Source: Promethearchaeota archaeon
GTDB taxonomy: Archaea > Asgardarchaeota > Lokiarchaeia > Sigyniarchaeales > Promethearchaeaceae
NCBI GenBank assembly: GCA_016933055.1
Contig: JAFGBS010000031.1
Location: 30,001 to 62,000 of the forward strand
Direction: 5' to 3'
DNA: 32,000 nucleotides
The notes beneath the pieces were generated by a model that did not search any database, was not told where the DNA came from, and was given only the letters and a program-made list of their open reading frames with translations. The stretch's first letter is position 1; each line of letters starts with the position of its first letter. Below, one piece after another: positions 1-8,810 of this stretch. The translations under genes and the position numbers were made by a program.

Positions 1-130
1 CTTCTGCTGTATACGAATTTTCAACTTGTTCCTCAATCACAATAACAACTTCATTTCCATTCTCTGGTATCTCTACAATATCCATTTTTTCCCGCATTTT
101 CTCTTTTAACTTAGTAATATGGTCAAACAT
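1..130 (-). CDS. Hypothetical protein, N-terminal fragment (runs off window start)
   Basis: Manual translation from ATG at 130: MFDHITKLKEKMREKMDIVEIPENGNEVVIVIEEQVENSYTAE..., open to position 1; protein-like composition; no motif recognised. Confidence 0.5.
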   Translation of the reverse strand, partial: MFDHITKLKEKMREKMDIVEIPENGNEVVIVIEEQVENSYTAE

Positions 131-304
131 AGATTCTATTTGTATTCATATGTTTAATAAAAATTCTGTATACTATGGTTTAATGGGTTAAGAATATGAA
201 AGTGGTAAAAATAAAAGAAAAAAATAATTATTATTAATCGCTGTAGATTGTTGGATACATTACATACAACAATAAGATGCAAAGATTCCTAATTCTTGAT
301 AAAA

Positions 305-556
305 TCATGTAACTATCCGAACATTTTTTGCTTCAACAGTGTCGTCTTTTTGTCCCGGACCAACCTCGAATCTTACTTTTAAACCAGGTAAAAGAGTCTT
401 AAAACCTTCCATTTCGATTTGGCGCCAATGAACAAAAATTTCTTCTTGATTTTCTTCGGGTTCATCCGGATTTCGAATGATAAATCCATAGCCTTTCTTT
501 GAGCTAAACCATTTAACTCTTCCAGTTTCTATACTTTCTGTCAAAAATTTCACCAT
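305..556 (-). CDS. Cold-shock domain (CspA-like) nucleic-acid-binding protein
   Basis: TGRVKWF, RNP1 KGYGFI, RNP2 IFVHW, GFKTL..G.KV.FEV and C-terminal EAKNV match the CSD pattern. Confidence 0.93.
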   Translation of the reverse strand: MVKFLTESIETGRVKWFSSKKGYGFIIRNPDEPEENQEEIFVHWRQIEMEGFKTLLPGLKVRFEVGPGQKDDTVEAKNVRIVT

Positions 557-741
557 ATTTCCATATTTCTGTGACTGGAATACGGCATTATTCCAATTGA
601 ATTTGGATATTGCCTTAATTTTTGGAAAAACCAGATTCGATAAAAATATTATCTTAAGTCATATCTAAAAAGAAGGGAAACCTACTCACAGACAAATAGT
701 TATAAATCTAATAATGAATAACCACAATTAAGGGACGATAA

Positions 742-1203
742 ATGGTACTATACGAACTTGGGTTGTTAAAGAATGGAATGCTAATTTATGAGAAAAGCTT
801 CTATCATTTGAAGAACTTAAGACGTATATCTCAAGAAACCAAGGGACAGTTTCTCGATGCGATTTTTAATATGACAAAGGTTAGTATGTCAGAAAAGATC
901 AATACTTTAAAACTGAAACAGTACAAAATTGTATTCAAGGAGAAAGAACGACTTATTGATGATAGCCAACCAGCAGTAATATACCTAGTTTATGTTATTG
1001 GTGATAAACGCTTAAACACGAAATTTTGCTCAAAAATTTTAGAAACCTTGTTAGATTTATACTTATCTGAATTTGAGAAGAATGCTAATCCCTACGTTGC
1101 AGAAAAAATTAAAGAAGGAAGTGATTTGGATGAGAAAATCTCGAAAATTATTGGGGACTTTTACGCAACTTCAATTGACAGAATGTCAGATCTTTTTTTT
1201 TAG
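742..1203 (+). CDS. Longin/roadblock-like (profilin-fold) domain protein of the Asgard type
   Basis: 153 aa; N-terminal beta-hairpin LYELGLLKNGMLIYEKSF, helix (GQFLDAIFNM), strands (LKQYKIVF, YLVYVIGD), then helices (KILETLLDLYLSEF...LDEKISKII). Candidate TATA TTATAAAT at 700-707. Fold assignment is by pattern only. Confidence 0.6.
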   Translation: MVLYELGLLKNGMLIYEKSFYHLKNLRRISQETKGQFLDAIFNMTKVSMSEKINTLKLKQYKIVFKEKERLIDDSQPAVIYLVYVIGDKRLNTKFCSKILETLLDLYLSEFEKNANPYVAEKIKEGSDLDEKISKIIGDFYATSIDRMSDLFF

Positions 1204-1212
1204 GGATTTATC

Positions 1213-2325
1213 ATGGCTATGAAACCAGGGTTCCGTATTATTACAGCAAGCATATTCGGATTAGCAGTTGCAATTCCTATATTCCTCATCAATTACAATT
1301 TATCCCCCCTTAATACTACAGGAGAAGGACTAATTGAAATAATTCTACTTTCAGTGGTTCTATTTATTGATATATTCCTCGCATTTGTTTCATATTGGCT
1401 AATACGTAACTTATTTTCGAAGAGATGGGTAATTTTAGAAAAATCTCCAGATTCACGGATCTTCCGAATTCCCATTAATAAATTGCGCAATTCTTCATTG
1501 ACAACGGAGGAAGAATTCAATATAATCTCGTTAATCAATGGTCAAGTGGAAAATCCCTTAAAACCAGTATATGATAAGGCGACTTCACTATTCTGTGAAA
1601 TCATTTACCCAAAAAATATCAACATTAATGCTCTTATTTTATATTGCCATGGTTTTAATGATAGTTCGGAAAAAATACGTTATAAAACCTATGCATTAGC
1701 AGAACTCGGATATACAGTTTTCGTATGGGATGCAAGAGGGATGGGAAAATCATCCAAAGCGGGAAAGAAAGGGGATTTTCTCACCAGAAATATGGATACT
1801 GCTGCATTGTGTAAGTTTCTTATCCAATTACCTATATTTAAAGATTACAAGTTCATTATCGTAGGAGAGAGTATGGGAGGGATTAGTGCAGCTTATGTTC
1901 TTAATCAAATACCGAAAAAGATTGATAAATGTATTCTAATTTCAACACCGTCCATTTTTAACCAGACTTTTAAGCGAAGATTATTTCCATTTTCCCGTAG
2001 ATGGATTCAAAGACTAAATTATCGCATTAAGGGCATTAATCCCTATCCTAAGGGAGAATCAAATGCACTAATTTCCCCTTATCTGTTATTTCAAGATATG
2101 ATGAAGGGCATGTCCAAACAAGATTGGTTTCATTATACCAATAAAAAAATTCTATTGATTCATTCTAAAACAGATAAGCTAATTCCACTTGAAAAATGCG
2201 AACAGAATTCAGAAATCTTGAATTTAATTAAAAAAAATCGTATTATCTTCAACACTGGAAATCATAATCAAATAAAAAATGAGTTGGGAATAATTTCTAC
2301 CATAGATGCGTTTTCGAGAAGATAA
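1213..2325 (+). CDS. Membrane-anchored alpha/beta hydrolase (lipase/ABHD-like)
   Basis: Two N-terminal hydrophobic helices; oxyanion CHGF; DARGMGKS; nucleophile elbow GESMGG; HSKTDKLIP (Asp); GNHN (His). 9-bp gap after the longin-like gene. Confidence 0.9.
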   Translation: MAMKPGFRIITASIFGLAVAIPIFLINYNLSPLNTTGEGLIEIILLSVVLFIDIFLAFVSYWLIRNLFSKRWVILEKSPDSRIFRIPINKLRNSSLTTEEEFNIISLINGQVENPLKPVYDKATSLFCEIIYPKNININALILYCHGFNDSSEKIRYKTYALAELGYTVFVWDARGMGKSSKAGKKGDFLTRNMDTAALCKFLIQLPIFKDYKFIIVGESMGGISAAYVLNQIPKKIDKCILISTPSIFNQTFKRRLFPFSRRWIQRLNYRIKGINPYPKGESNALISPYLLFQDMMKGMSKQDWFHYTNKKILLIHSKTDKLIPLEKCEQNSEILNLIKKNRIIFNTGNHNQIKNELGIISTIDAFSRR

Positions 2326-2336
2326 ATCCTCCAAGT

Positions 2337-2582
2337 TCATTCTTTTCCGGGTGGGCATCCATATTCTTTACGTATTTTGCACCCAGGTTTCGTGTGAGGC
2401 CCCTCACATGGTTCGCACTCGATTTCTCTTAGCATTCGGAGGACTTCATCTCCTGATCTCTCTTCCTTATCCTCTTCTAACTCTTCTTGACTAAAGATTT
2501 CTTCTTCATTTTCTTCTTCTTCTTCCTCGTCGTCCTCATCATCTAAAATGAGATCTTCATCTTCTTTTTTTGACTTTTTCAA
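2337..2582 (-). CDS. Small highly acidic protein with C-terminal four-Cys motif
   Basis: TTG start preceded by GGTGAT SD-like sequence; 33 of 81 residues are D/E; C-terminal C-x2-C-x8-C-x7-C. Confidence 0.7.
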   Translation of the reverse strand: MKKSKKEDEDLILDDEDDEEEEEENEEEIFSQEELEEDKEERSGDEVLRMLREIECEPCEGPHTKPGCKIRKEYGCPPGKE

Positions 2583-2644
2583 AACTCGATCACCATATTG
2601 TAGTGTATTTATTTTTTCTTAGAGAGATAAAAGCGTTTCTCAAA

Positions 2645-4372
2645 TCATTCATTCATGATGGAAGAAAAGTAGAACCATCTTAATTCCTCACAATCTGGGT
2701 CGTCAAATCTACCAAATTTTGGATTACTACTAAGGGAATCACAAATTTTTTCTGCTTCTCTCAAATACTGCGCGAATAAATTCTTTTTATCGATTTTATG
2801 TTCTTCAAAACAATCAGATAAATCCATCGATAACACTGATTCAACGGTTGGAAAAGCTGTATCTTCCTCGGGTATGAATTTCTTATGAAACCATTCTCCT
2901 GTTTCACAATTAAACATGTAGAGCGGGATGAATTTGTAACCATTTGTAGCAATTAAATCCACTGCCTTGCAGATAAAATCAAGTTCTACTTCAGAAAACA
3001 AATAATGGAAATTCAAACGTGTCCATCCTGGTTTTAATCCGAATTTGCCTTTCTGGATTATTTGTCGGTATTGCTCCGATTTTTCAATTTCAATATCCAA
3101 CAATTTATGTCCAAAAGGTCCAGCACACATACAACCGGCACGGCTTTGAATTCCAAATAGGTCATTAAGGAGTTTTGTGAATAATTTTGGATGAAGAAAC
3201 TTATCTTTATGCATAGTTAGGAAAGAAATGATAGAGATTCGATCGTAGGGATTACTCGAACCTAAAATATAGAGATTTAAGTTTTTTCGTAAATGTTTCA
3301 TAGCTTTAAATGTATATAACTGTTCGATTTCTTCTATTTTCCGTATTCCAACTGCATTTTTTATATCAATTGCGAGCGCAGCCTTTATAATTTGAAGGAT
3401 ACCAGGCGTTCCGGCCTTTTCCCGAGTTTCTACATCCTCAGTGTAATCTATTGATTGTGAATTTACAAAATCTACGGTTCCACCCGCAGCACAGGTAGGT
3501 TCGATACTAGAATCATATAGATCTTTATTGATCACTAAAATTCCTGAAGATCCTGGACCTCCAACGAACTTATGTGGAGATAAATAAATTGCATCAAAGT
3601 AACATTCTTTATCCTTATTCATATCGATTTTAACATAGGGTGCACTTGCTGCAAAATCAAATCCCACTATTCCTCCATACTTATGCATAATACGCGCTAT
3701 CTCGTATATTGGGGATTTTAAACCGTTTACATTAGATGCAGATGAAAACGAACCGATTTTCATTCGGTGCTCATATGCAGGATCGGATACTTTCCTTTCT
3801 AAGTCTTCCAAATCGAAATACCCAGAATTATTCAAAGTTATTTCCACAACATCCACAAAAGCTTGCCGCCATTGAATATCATTGCTATGATGTTCATACG
3901 GACCGATGAAAACAACTGGTCTATTTGCTTTTAGTATATTATATGTGGTTAAAAACTCCTCTTTTTTATTTTTAGATACACATTTTTTATTATTTATTAA
4001 ATCTGTTATACGTTGCTTGGTTGCGGGAGGTAAACGTACTCCTAAGATTTCTTGGAATTTTGTTATAGCTCCAGTGGTCCCCGTTCCTGTAGCAATAATA
4101 TAACAGTTTTTTTCAGCATTGAACGATTTTTTGATATTAAATTCTGCTTGTTTTAGTAAATCAGTCATATGACGACCAGTAATGTCATCTTCGGTATGAG
4201 TGTTAGCATATTCTCTCTGAATCTTAATTAGATATTTCTCGATGAATTGCACGGATCGACCTGATGCGGTATAATCTGCGTAAGTGAGTAAGCGATCACC
4301 GTAAGGGGTTTGAAAGAAAAAATCACGGCCGATTATTTCATTTCGGAGTTGATCGAAATTGAGTGAAGTCAT
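2645..4372 (-). CDS. Class V PLP-dependent aminotransferase / cysteine desulfurase-like enzyme
   Basis: YADYTASG, YANTH, GPYEHHSN, DFAASAPY, PLP-lysine motif SPHKFVGGPG, AGTP, and candidate persulfide Cys in RAGCMCAGP. Confidence 0.92.
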   Translation of the reverse strand: MTSLNFDQLRNEIIGRDFFFQTPYGDRLLTYADYTASGRSVQFIEKYLIKIQREYANTHTEDDITGRHMTDLLKQAEFNIKKSFNAEKNCYIIATGTGTTGAITKFQEILGVRLPPATKQRITDLINNKKCVSKNKKEEFLTTYNILKANRPVVFIGPYEHHSNDIQWRQAFVDVVEITLNNSGYFDLEDLERKVSDPAYEHRMKIGSFSSASNVNGLKSPIYEIARIMHKYGGIVGFDFAASAPYVKIDMNKDKECYFDAIYLSPHKFVGGPGSSGILVINKDLYDSSIEPTCAAGGTVDFVNSQSIDYTEDVETREKAGTPGILQIIKAALAIDIKNAVGIRKIEEIEQLYTFKAMKHLRKNLNLYILGSSNPYDRISIISFLTMHKDKFLHPKLFTKLLNDLFGIQSRAGCMCAGPFGHKLLDIEIEKSEQYRQIIQKGKFGLKPGWTRLNFHYLFSEVELDFICKAVDLIATNGYKFIPLYMFNCETGEWFHKKFIPEEDTAFPTVESVLSMDLSDCFEEHKIDKKNLFAQYLREAEKICDSLSSNPKFGRFDDPDCEELRWFYFSSIMNE

Positions 4373-4761
4373 AATTTCAGATTTACATTTAGTTGTTAAT
4401 TATGAAAAAGGTTGCTGATGCTAGTATTCTGAGAAAAATTCCGATCAAGAAATTCAAAATGTGCAACTAAAATATTTAGATGACTAATCTACGGAAATGA
4501 ACGTTAGACAATTAAATCATCACATTTCAAAAAGATAGTAGATTTTTGTGCGTCTAAATTGCAACAACTTTAATCTTCAATTATTATGTAGAATGGCTAC
4601 CTTATATACTTCATAATTCTTTTAATAAGATATATATCGATATATTTTCAAGTTATGTTTTTTTGTGGTAATTTAATTCGAAATCCTCCCTTATTTATGA
4701 AAATAAACGGCTATAGATTATTGTAATTGAGAACCAATTTTGATATAGAGTGATTCAGAGT

Positions 4762-4936
4762 ATGTATACAATTACCTCTAATGTAAACATTTACATACAA
4801 TATTGACAAAAAATACACTTTACAGAACACAATCTAGGGTAAAAGGTTGGAATGATGCAAATCAAAAAAGACATTTCTATTCCAGATAACATTTACAGCT
4901 AAGATTTGTAGACAACCTATTCTAATGTATACATTG
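4762..4936. promoter_or_regulatory. Cluster of TGTAWACA-core palindromic sites upstream of the ArsR gene (candidate operators)
   Basis: ATGTATACAATT 4762-4773; ATGTAAA-CA-TTTACAT 4781-4796; perfect AATGTATACATT 4924-4935; AACATTTACA repeated at 4786 and 4888. Confidence 0.4.
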
Positions 4937-5110
4937 TCTCACAATTCAACTTTTACCTAGATACCCTTTTCATCAATGAAGTTTTCATCAATCTTAAATC
5001 CTCTCTCTCGATCATATATTATAGGTAAAAAAATATTTCTACCCTTTCCTATCACAACATTTATCATCCCATTATTAAATCCTTAAAAAAATAAAGAAGG
5101 TATAACGCAA

Positions 5111-5434
5111 ATGGAAGTTCAACAAGAATACCAAAATACCATAATTGAAAGTGATGGTTCCCGAACGATTATTGTCGTTGGAGATAATGTCGAAGGAATC
5201 GCTTCGGCTTTAAAGAGTGAAACTCGCAGGGAAATCATAAAAATTCTGAGAAAAGAACCTTTGGACGTGTCACGTTTAGCAGCAAAATTAAATCAGACGG
5301 AAGCTAATGTAAGTGCTCAAATCCAACAATTACAGAAAGCAGGACTCGTAAAGTCCCGATATGAACCTGGAGATCATGGTGTTCGTAAGATCTGTGAAGT
5401 TCAGATCGACCGAATCATTATTGAGCTGGAGTAA
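5111..5434 (+). CDS. ArsR/SmtB-family winged-helix transcriptional regulator
   Basis: ALKSETRREIIKIL...LDVSRLAAKLNQTEANVSAQIQQLQKAGLV helix-turn-helix followed by wing EPGDHGVRKICEV. Confidence 0.88.
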   Translation: MEVQQEYQNTIIESDGSRTIIVVGDNVEGIASALKSETRREIIKILRKEPLDVSRLAAKLNQTEANVSAQIQQLQKAGLVKSRYEPGDHGVRKICEVQIDRIIIELE

Positions 5435-5518
5435 TTAGATCACAAAAGTAAGAAAAACAACGAAAAGAATAATCAATACAATCCACAAAAGAAACAAAAT
5501 ATTCCATTTGCATCTCAC
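5435..5518 (-). CDS. Possible 27-aa single-pass membrane microprotein
   Basis: GTG-start ORF MRCKWNILFLLWIVLIILFVVFLTFVI whose stop directly abuts the ArsR stop; not in the ORF track; could arise from T-rich composition. Confidence 0.3.
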   Translation of the reverse strand: MRCKWNILFLLWIVLIILFVVFLTFVI

Positions 5519-5716
5519 TATTTTTGAAATTTTATTTTTGAAATTTTAAATAATTTTTTCCTGAAAAAATATCAATTTTAATCTCTTGATTTTTCAAGAA
5601 AATATCAAATTTTTGATTATTCGAATTCTCGGTCTAAATTTCATTTTGGTAAATAATGTCCTTTCCTTTCACTCCCTCTTCATGGATCATTTAAAAGACA
5701 GATGTCATTGTAATCA

Positions 5717-5737
5717 ATTGTATTCAAAAGATACAAT
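5717..5737. promoter_or_regulatory. Inverted repeat upstream of the RHH-like gene
   Basis: ATTGTAT-N7-ATACAAT, about 55 nt before ATG 5794. Confidence 0.3.
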
Positions 5738-5793
5738 AATCATATTTGTAGTATGTGTATGACAAAACTCAACTATGCTTCTAGGTAACTATT

Positions 5794-6492
5794 ATGGAGG
5801 AAATGGATAAAACAAAAGTATTGACAGTACGTATTCCTGTCAAGCTGATGGAACGATTGGAGAAAATTGCGCAACAACTAGACACAAAAAAATCAGAGAT
5901 TGCAAAACGATATCTCAATCTTTCCGAAATCTTTATACTTACAGATAATGAATCTAAAATCGATTCTGATGGTCAGAACTTAATTTTTTATCCAGAAAAA
6001 CTCATAAATGAAGTATTTAATCTCATTGCGAGAATTCCCATTAAAGATCGATTTCGAACTCGTCTCGAATTGGGAGACAAATTGGGAAATTATATTAATA
6101 GCATAACTTATAACATGGGAATTAAAGAAAACGATTATTATTCTATCTTTAAATTAATAATTGAAAAGCTTGGCTGGTTTAAAATAACTTATAAGAAGGA
6201 TTCTGAAAAAAATTCAATAATCTTGATTCCAAAAGAATTTGGGGAGAAATCCTTAGTATATGCCATGATTTATCGTATTGTGACCAGGCGACAATATCCT
6301 AATGAGTGGACGGAAGAATTAGTCAATCATGAAATTCCCTATCCAGAACCCAAGGGAAAGGATCAGAACAGATCAAATAATGAATTTGAGGATAATTATA
6401 AAAAATATATCGATGACCCATTGAAAGTCGATCTAGAACAAGAAAAGTTAGATAAATACTACTTTGGAGTTCTTAAGACCTCAAAAGTCTGA
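5794..6492 (+). CDS. Ribbon-helix-helix (CopG/MetJ-like) protein with C-terminal V4R-like domain
   Basis: N-terminal TKVLTVRIPVKLMERLEKIAQQLDTKKSEIAKRYL fits the RHH pattern; C-terminal ELGDKLG...IEKLGWFKI resembles V4R/4VR-type domains (inference). Confidence 0.7.
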   Translation: MEEMDKTKVLTVRIPVKLMERLEKIAQQLDTKKSEIAKRYLNLSEIFILTDNESKIDSDGQNLIFYPEKLINEVFNLIARIPIKDRFRTRLELGDKLGNYINSITYNMGIKENDYYSIFKLIIEKLGWFKITYKKDSEKNSIILIPKEFGEKSLVYAMIYRIVTRRQYPNEWTEELVNHEIPYPEPKGKDQNRSNNEFEDNYKKYIDDPLKVDLEQEKLDKYYFGVLKTSKV

Positions 6493-6676
6493 GAAAATCT
6501 CATTTTACTCGAATACATCTTTCTTTTAACCGAATTTCCCAAGATTTCCCTTTTATCAGATAACTCTCGCTAAAGCATTATCATGTAAAATTCAACCCCT
6601 TCCATTTTACAAACTAATTAAATTTATAAAACTAGTCATAATGCTTTTTTCTTAGTTAACAAACAGATAGGTATAA

Positions 6677-8248
6677 ATGTCTAATATCAAGACGAAGTTG
6701 CCATTGACACGATCCGCTGGAATATTATTACATCCCACTTCCCTTTGGACTCCCTATGGGGTTGGTGATTTTGGACCTAGTGCGTACACATTTATCCAAT
6801 ATCTAAAAAAAGCCGGTCAGAAATATTGGCAAATATTACCACTTGGACCTACCGGTTATTTAGACTCACCTTATCAATGTATCTCTGCTTTTGCTGGTAA
6901 TCCTTTGTTAATTTCTCCCGATGAACTGGTAAATAATGAATTATTAACAAAAAAAGAAGCGATTGAATGTTTAGAAGATGAAAACCATAGAATAAAGTGG
7001 ACTCTTTCCGAGCAAGTTGATTATTCGAAGGTACGAATAGCAAAATACCGAATGTTTGAAATTGCTTATAATAATCTGTTTTGTAAAGAGGATTCGGATG
7101 TAATGGAAAAATCTGCAAATTTAAAGAAGCACCAAACAGAATTTGATGAGTTTTGTATTATACAGCAGGATTGGATAGACAACTTTGTCACTTATTTTTC
7201 GTTGAAAAATGCTCATGAATTAAAATCTTGGGTAGAATGGCCGGCGAAATACCGAGATCACGACGAAAAAGCCATAGAAAAATGGAGCACTGAACATGAA
7301 GATGAACTAAGGTATTTTAAATTCATCCAATGGATCTTTCAGAAACAATGGAATAATTTAGTTGCATATGCACACAAAAATGATGTAAATATCATTGGAG
7401 ATATGCCAATTTTTGTTGCTCATGATTCAGCAGATGTTTGGGCTAATCGAGAATTATTTTTACTTAACGACAATGGTTCCTTACAATACCAAGCAGGTGT
7501 ACCTCCCGATTACTTTTCTAAAACTGGTCAGTTATGGGGCAATCCTCTCTATAATTGGGATTTGATCAAGAAACAGCATTTTTCTTGGTGGATCCGGAGA
7601 TTTAAGAGAAATCAAGAATTAGCCGATTGGATACGAGTCGATCATTTCCGGGGTTTCGAGGCTTATTGGAGAGTAGAAGGGGATGCATCTAATGCAGTGA
7701 AAGGGGAATGGGTAAAGGGACCAGGAATTTCCCTATTTAACGCTGTTTATAAAAAACTAGGAAATTTGCAGATCCTTGCCGAAAATTTGGGAATTATTAC
7801 TCCAGAAGTTGAACAACTACGGTTAAAATATGGTTTTCCAGGAATGTATGTTTTGCAGTTCGCATTTACTGGTGAAAAAACTAACCCGCATCTTCCATAC
7901 AATTATGAACCTTTGAATTTTGCTTATACGGGAACGCACGACAACAATACGACACTTGGATGGTGGGAACAAGAAGCCACTGATGGTGAAAAACAATATT
8001 TTTCAACTTATCTAAGTCATGGAGTCTCAGATATAACAGAAGAATTGATTAAAATGCTTTATAAATCCGTAGCACTAGTTGCCATTGTACCTTTGCAAGA
8101 TTTACTCCGCCAATCTGCGAAATATCGAATGAATACACCGAGTGTACCTGAAGGAAATTGGAAGTATCGAACTCCTTCACTTGGACTGGATGAAGAGAAA
8201 GCAAAGTGGTTAAATTTTTTAGCAAATGTTTACGGTCGGGTAGAATAA
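6677..8248 (+). CDS. malQ: 4-alpha-glucanotransferase (amylomaltase, GH77)
   Basis: RSAGILLHPTSL, YWQILPLGP, SPYQCISAFAGNP, IIGDMPIFV, GQLWGNPLY, catalytic RVDHFRGF / AENLG / YTGTHDN, RMNTP...GNWKYR. Confidence 0.97.
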   Translation: MSNIKTKLPLTRSAGILLHPTSLWTPYGVGDFGPSAYTFIQYLKKAGQKYWQILPLGPTGYLDSPYQCISAFAGNPLLISPDELVNNELLTKKEAIECLEDENHRIKWTLSEQVDYSKVRIAKYRMFEIAYNNLFCKEDSDVMEKSANLKKHQTEFDEFCIIQQDWIDNFVTYFSLKNAHELKSWVEWPAKYRDHDEKAIEKWSTEHEDELRYFKFIQWIFQKQWNNLVAYAHKNDVNIIGDMPIFVAHDSADVWANRELFLLNDNGSLQYQAGVPPDYFSKTGQLWGNPLYNWDLIKKQHFSWWIRRFKRNQELADWIRVDHFRGFEAYWRVEGDASNAVKGEWVKGPGISLFNAVYKKLGNLQILAENLGIITPEVEQLRLKYGFPGMYVLQFAFTGEKTNPHLPYNYEPLNFAYTGTHDNNTTLGWWEQEATDGEKQYFSTYLSHGVSDITEELIKMLYKSVALVAIVPLQDLLRQSAKYRMNTPSVPEGNWKYRTPSLGLDEEKAKWLNFLANVYGRVE

Positions 8249-8273
8249 TTCAAGAAATTTTTTTAAAAATGCC

Positions 8274-8810
8274 TTAATTTTCCTCTTTTGATTCGAGTTC
8301 TTTTAGCTCTCTAATTTTCTTAATTAACCGGTCAATTTCTATATAATAAAACACCTTTGGTGTTAATTTCACTATATTTTGGTTTTTTTCATATACAATA
8401 AATCCCAATTCGTGTAAATCGTGTAAATCCTTTGCAATGTCTTTTTTATTCCGTAAATCTTGTATCTTCGTTCCGGTAATTGCTGGAGTCTTACTCACAT
8501 ATAAAATCAAAATAGTAAATAACGTTGCGGAAAGACGGGGGGTCAGAACCTTATCTGTAGCACCACCAAAGTTAGATTCCATCTGATCTTGAAAGCCAAT
8601 ATACCAATGAGAATTCATGGGATTAAATTTCACGCTTAAACCTAAAGGGAATATAGTTTTGTTGAATTCTTGTAGCAGATTCCACAATTTATATTCTGCA
8701 TTACGATCCGAAAAACCTAATTTTGAACACAATTCGTCTTTATTCGCTCCTATATTTTGTGCATCCTTCTTCCTTGATAGTAAATATATTAACACTTCAG
8801 CTTCATTCAT
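8274..8810 (-). CDS. KITE-like tandem winged-helix subunit (ScpB/Nse1/MksE-like)
   Basis: Two WH-like halves: (VLIYLL...KDELCSKLG...LLQEFNKTIFPLGLSVKF...WYIG) and (LSATLFTILIL...DLHDLHELGFI...VKLTP). 4-bp overlap with the kleisin gene; last gene of the SMC operon. Confidence 0.7.
   Translation of the reverse strand: MNEAEVLIYLLSRKKDAQNIGANKDELCSKLGFSDRNAEYKLWNLLQEFNKTIFPLGLSVKFNPMNSHWYIGFQDQMESNFGGATDKVLTPRLSATLFTILILYVSKTPAITGTKIQDLRNKKDIAKDLHDLHELGFIVYEKNQNIVKLTPKVFYYIEIDRLIKKIRELKELESKEEN

Noticed and set aside
4632-4645. Perfect palindrome ATATATCGATATAT
   Set aside because: Mostly AT dinucleotide repeat; expected by chance in this composition.
5521-5548. Tandem 14-bp direct repeat TTTTTGAAATTTTA x2
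   Set aside because: Only two copies, low complexity, no spacers; not CRISPR-like.
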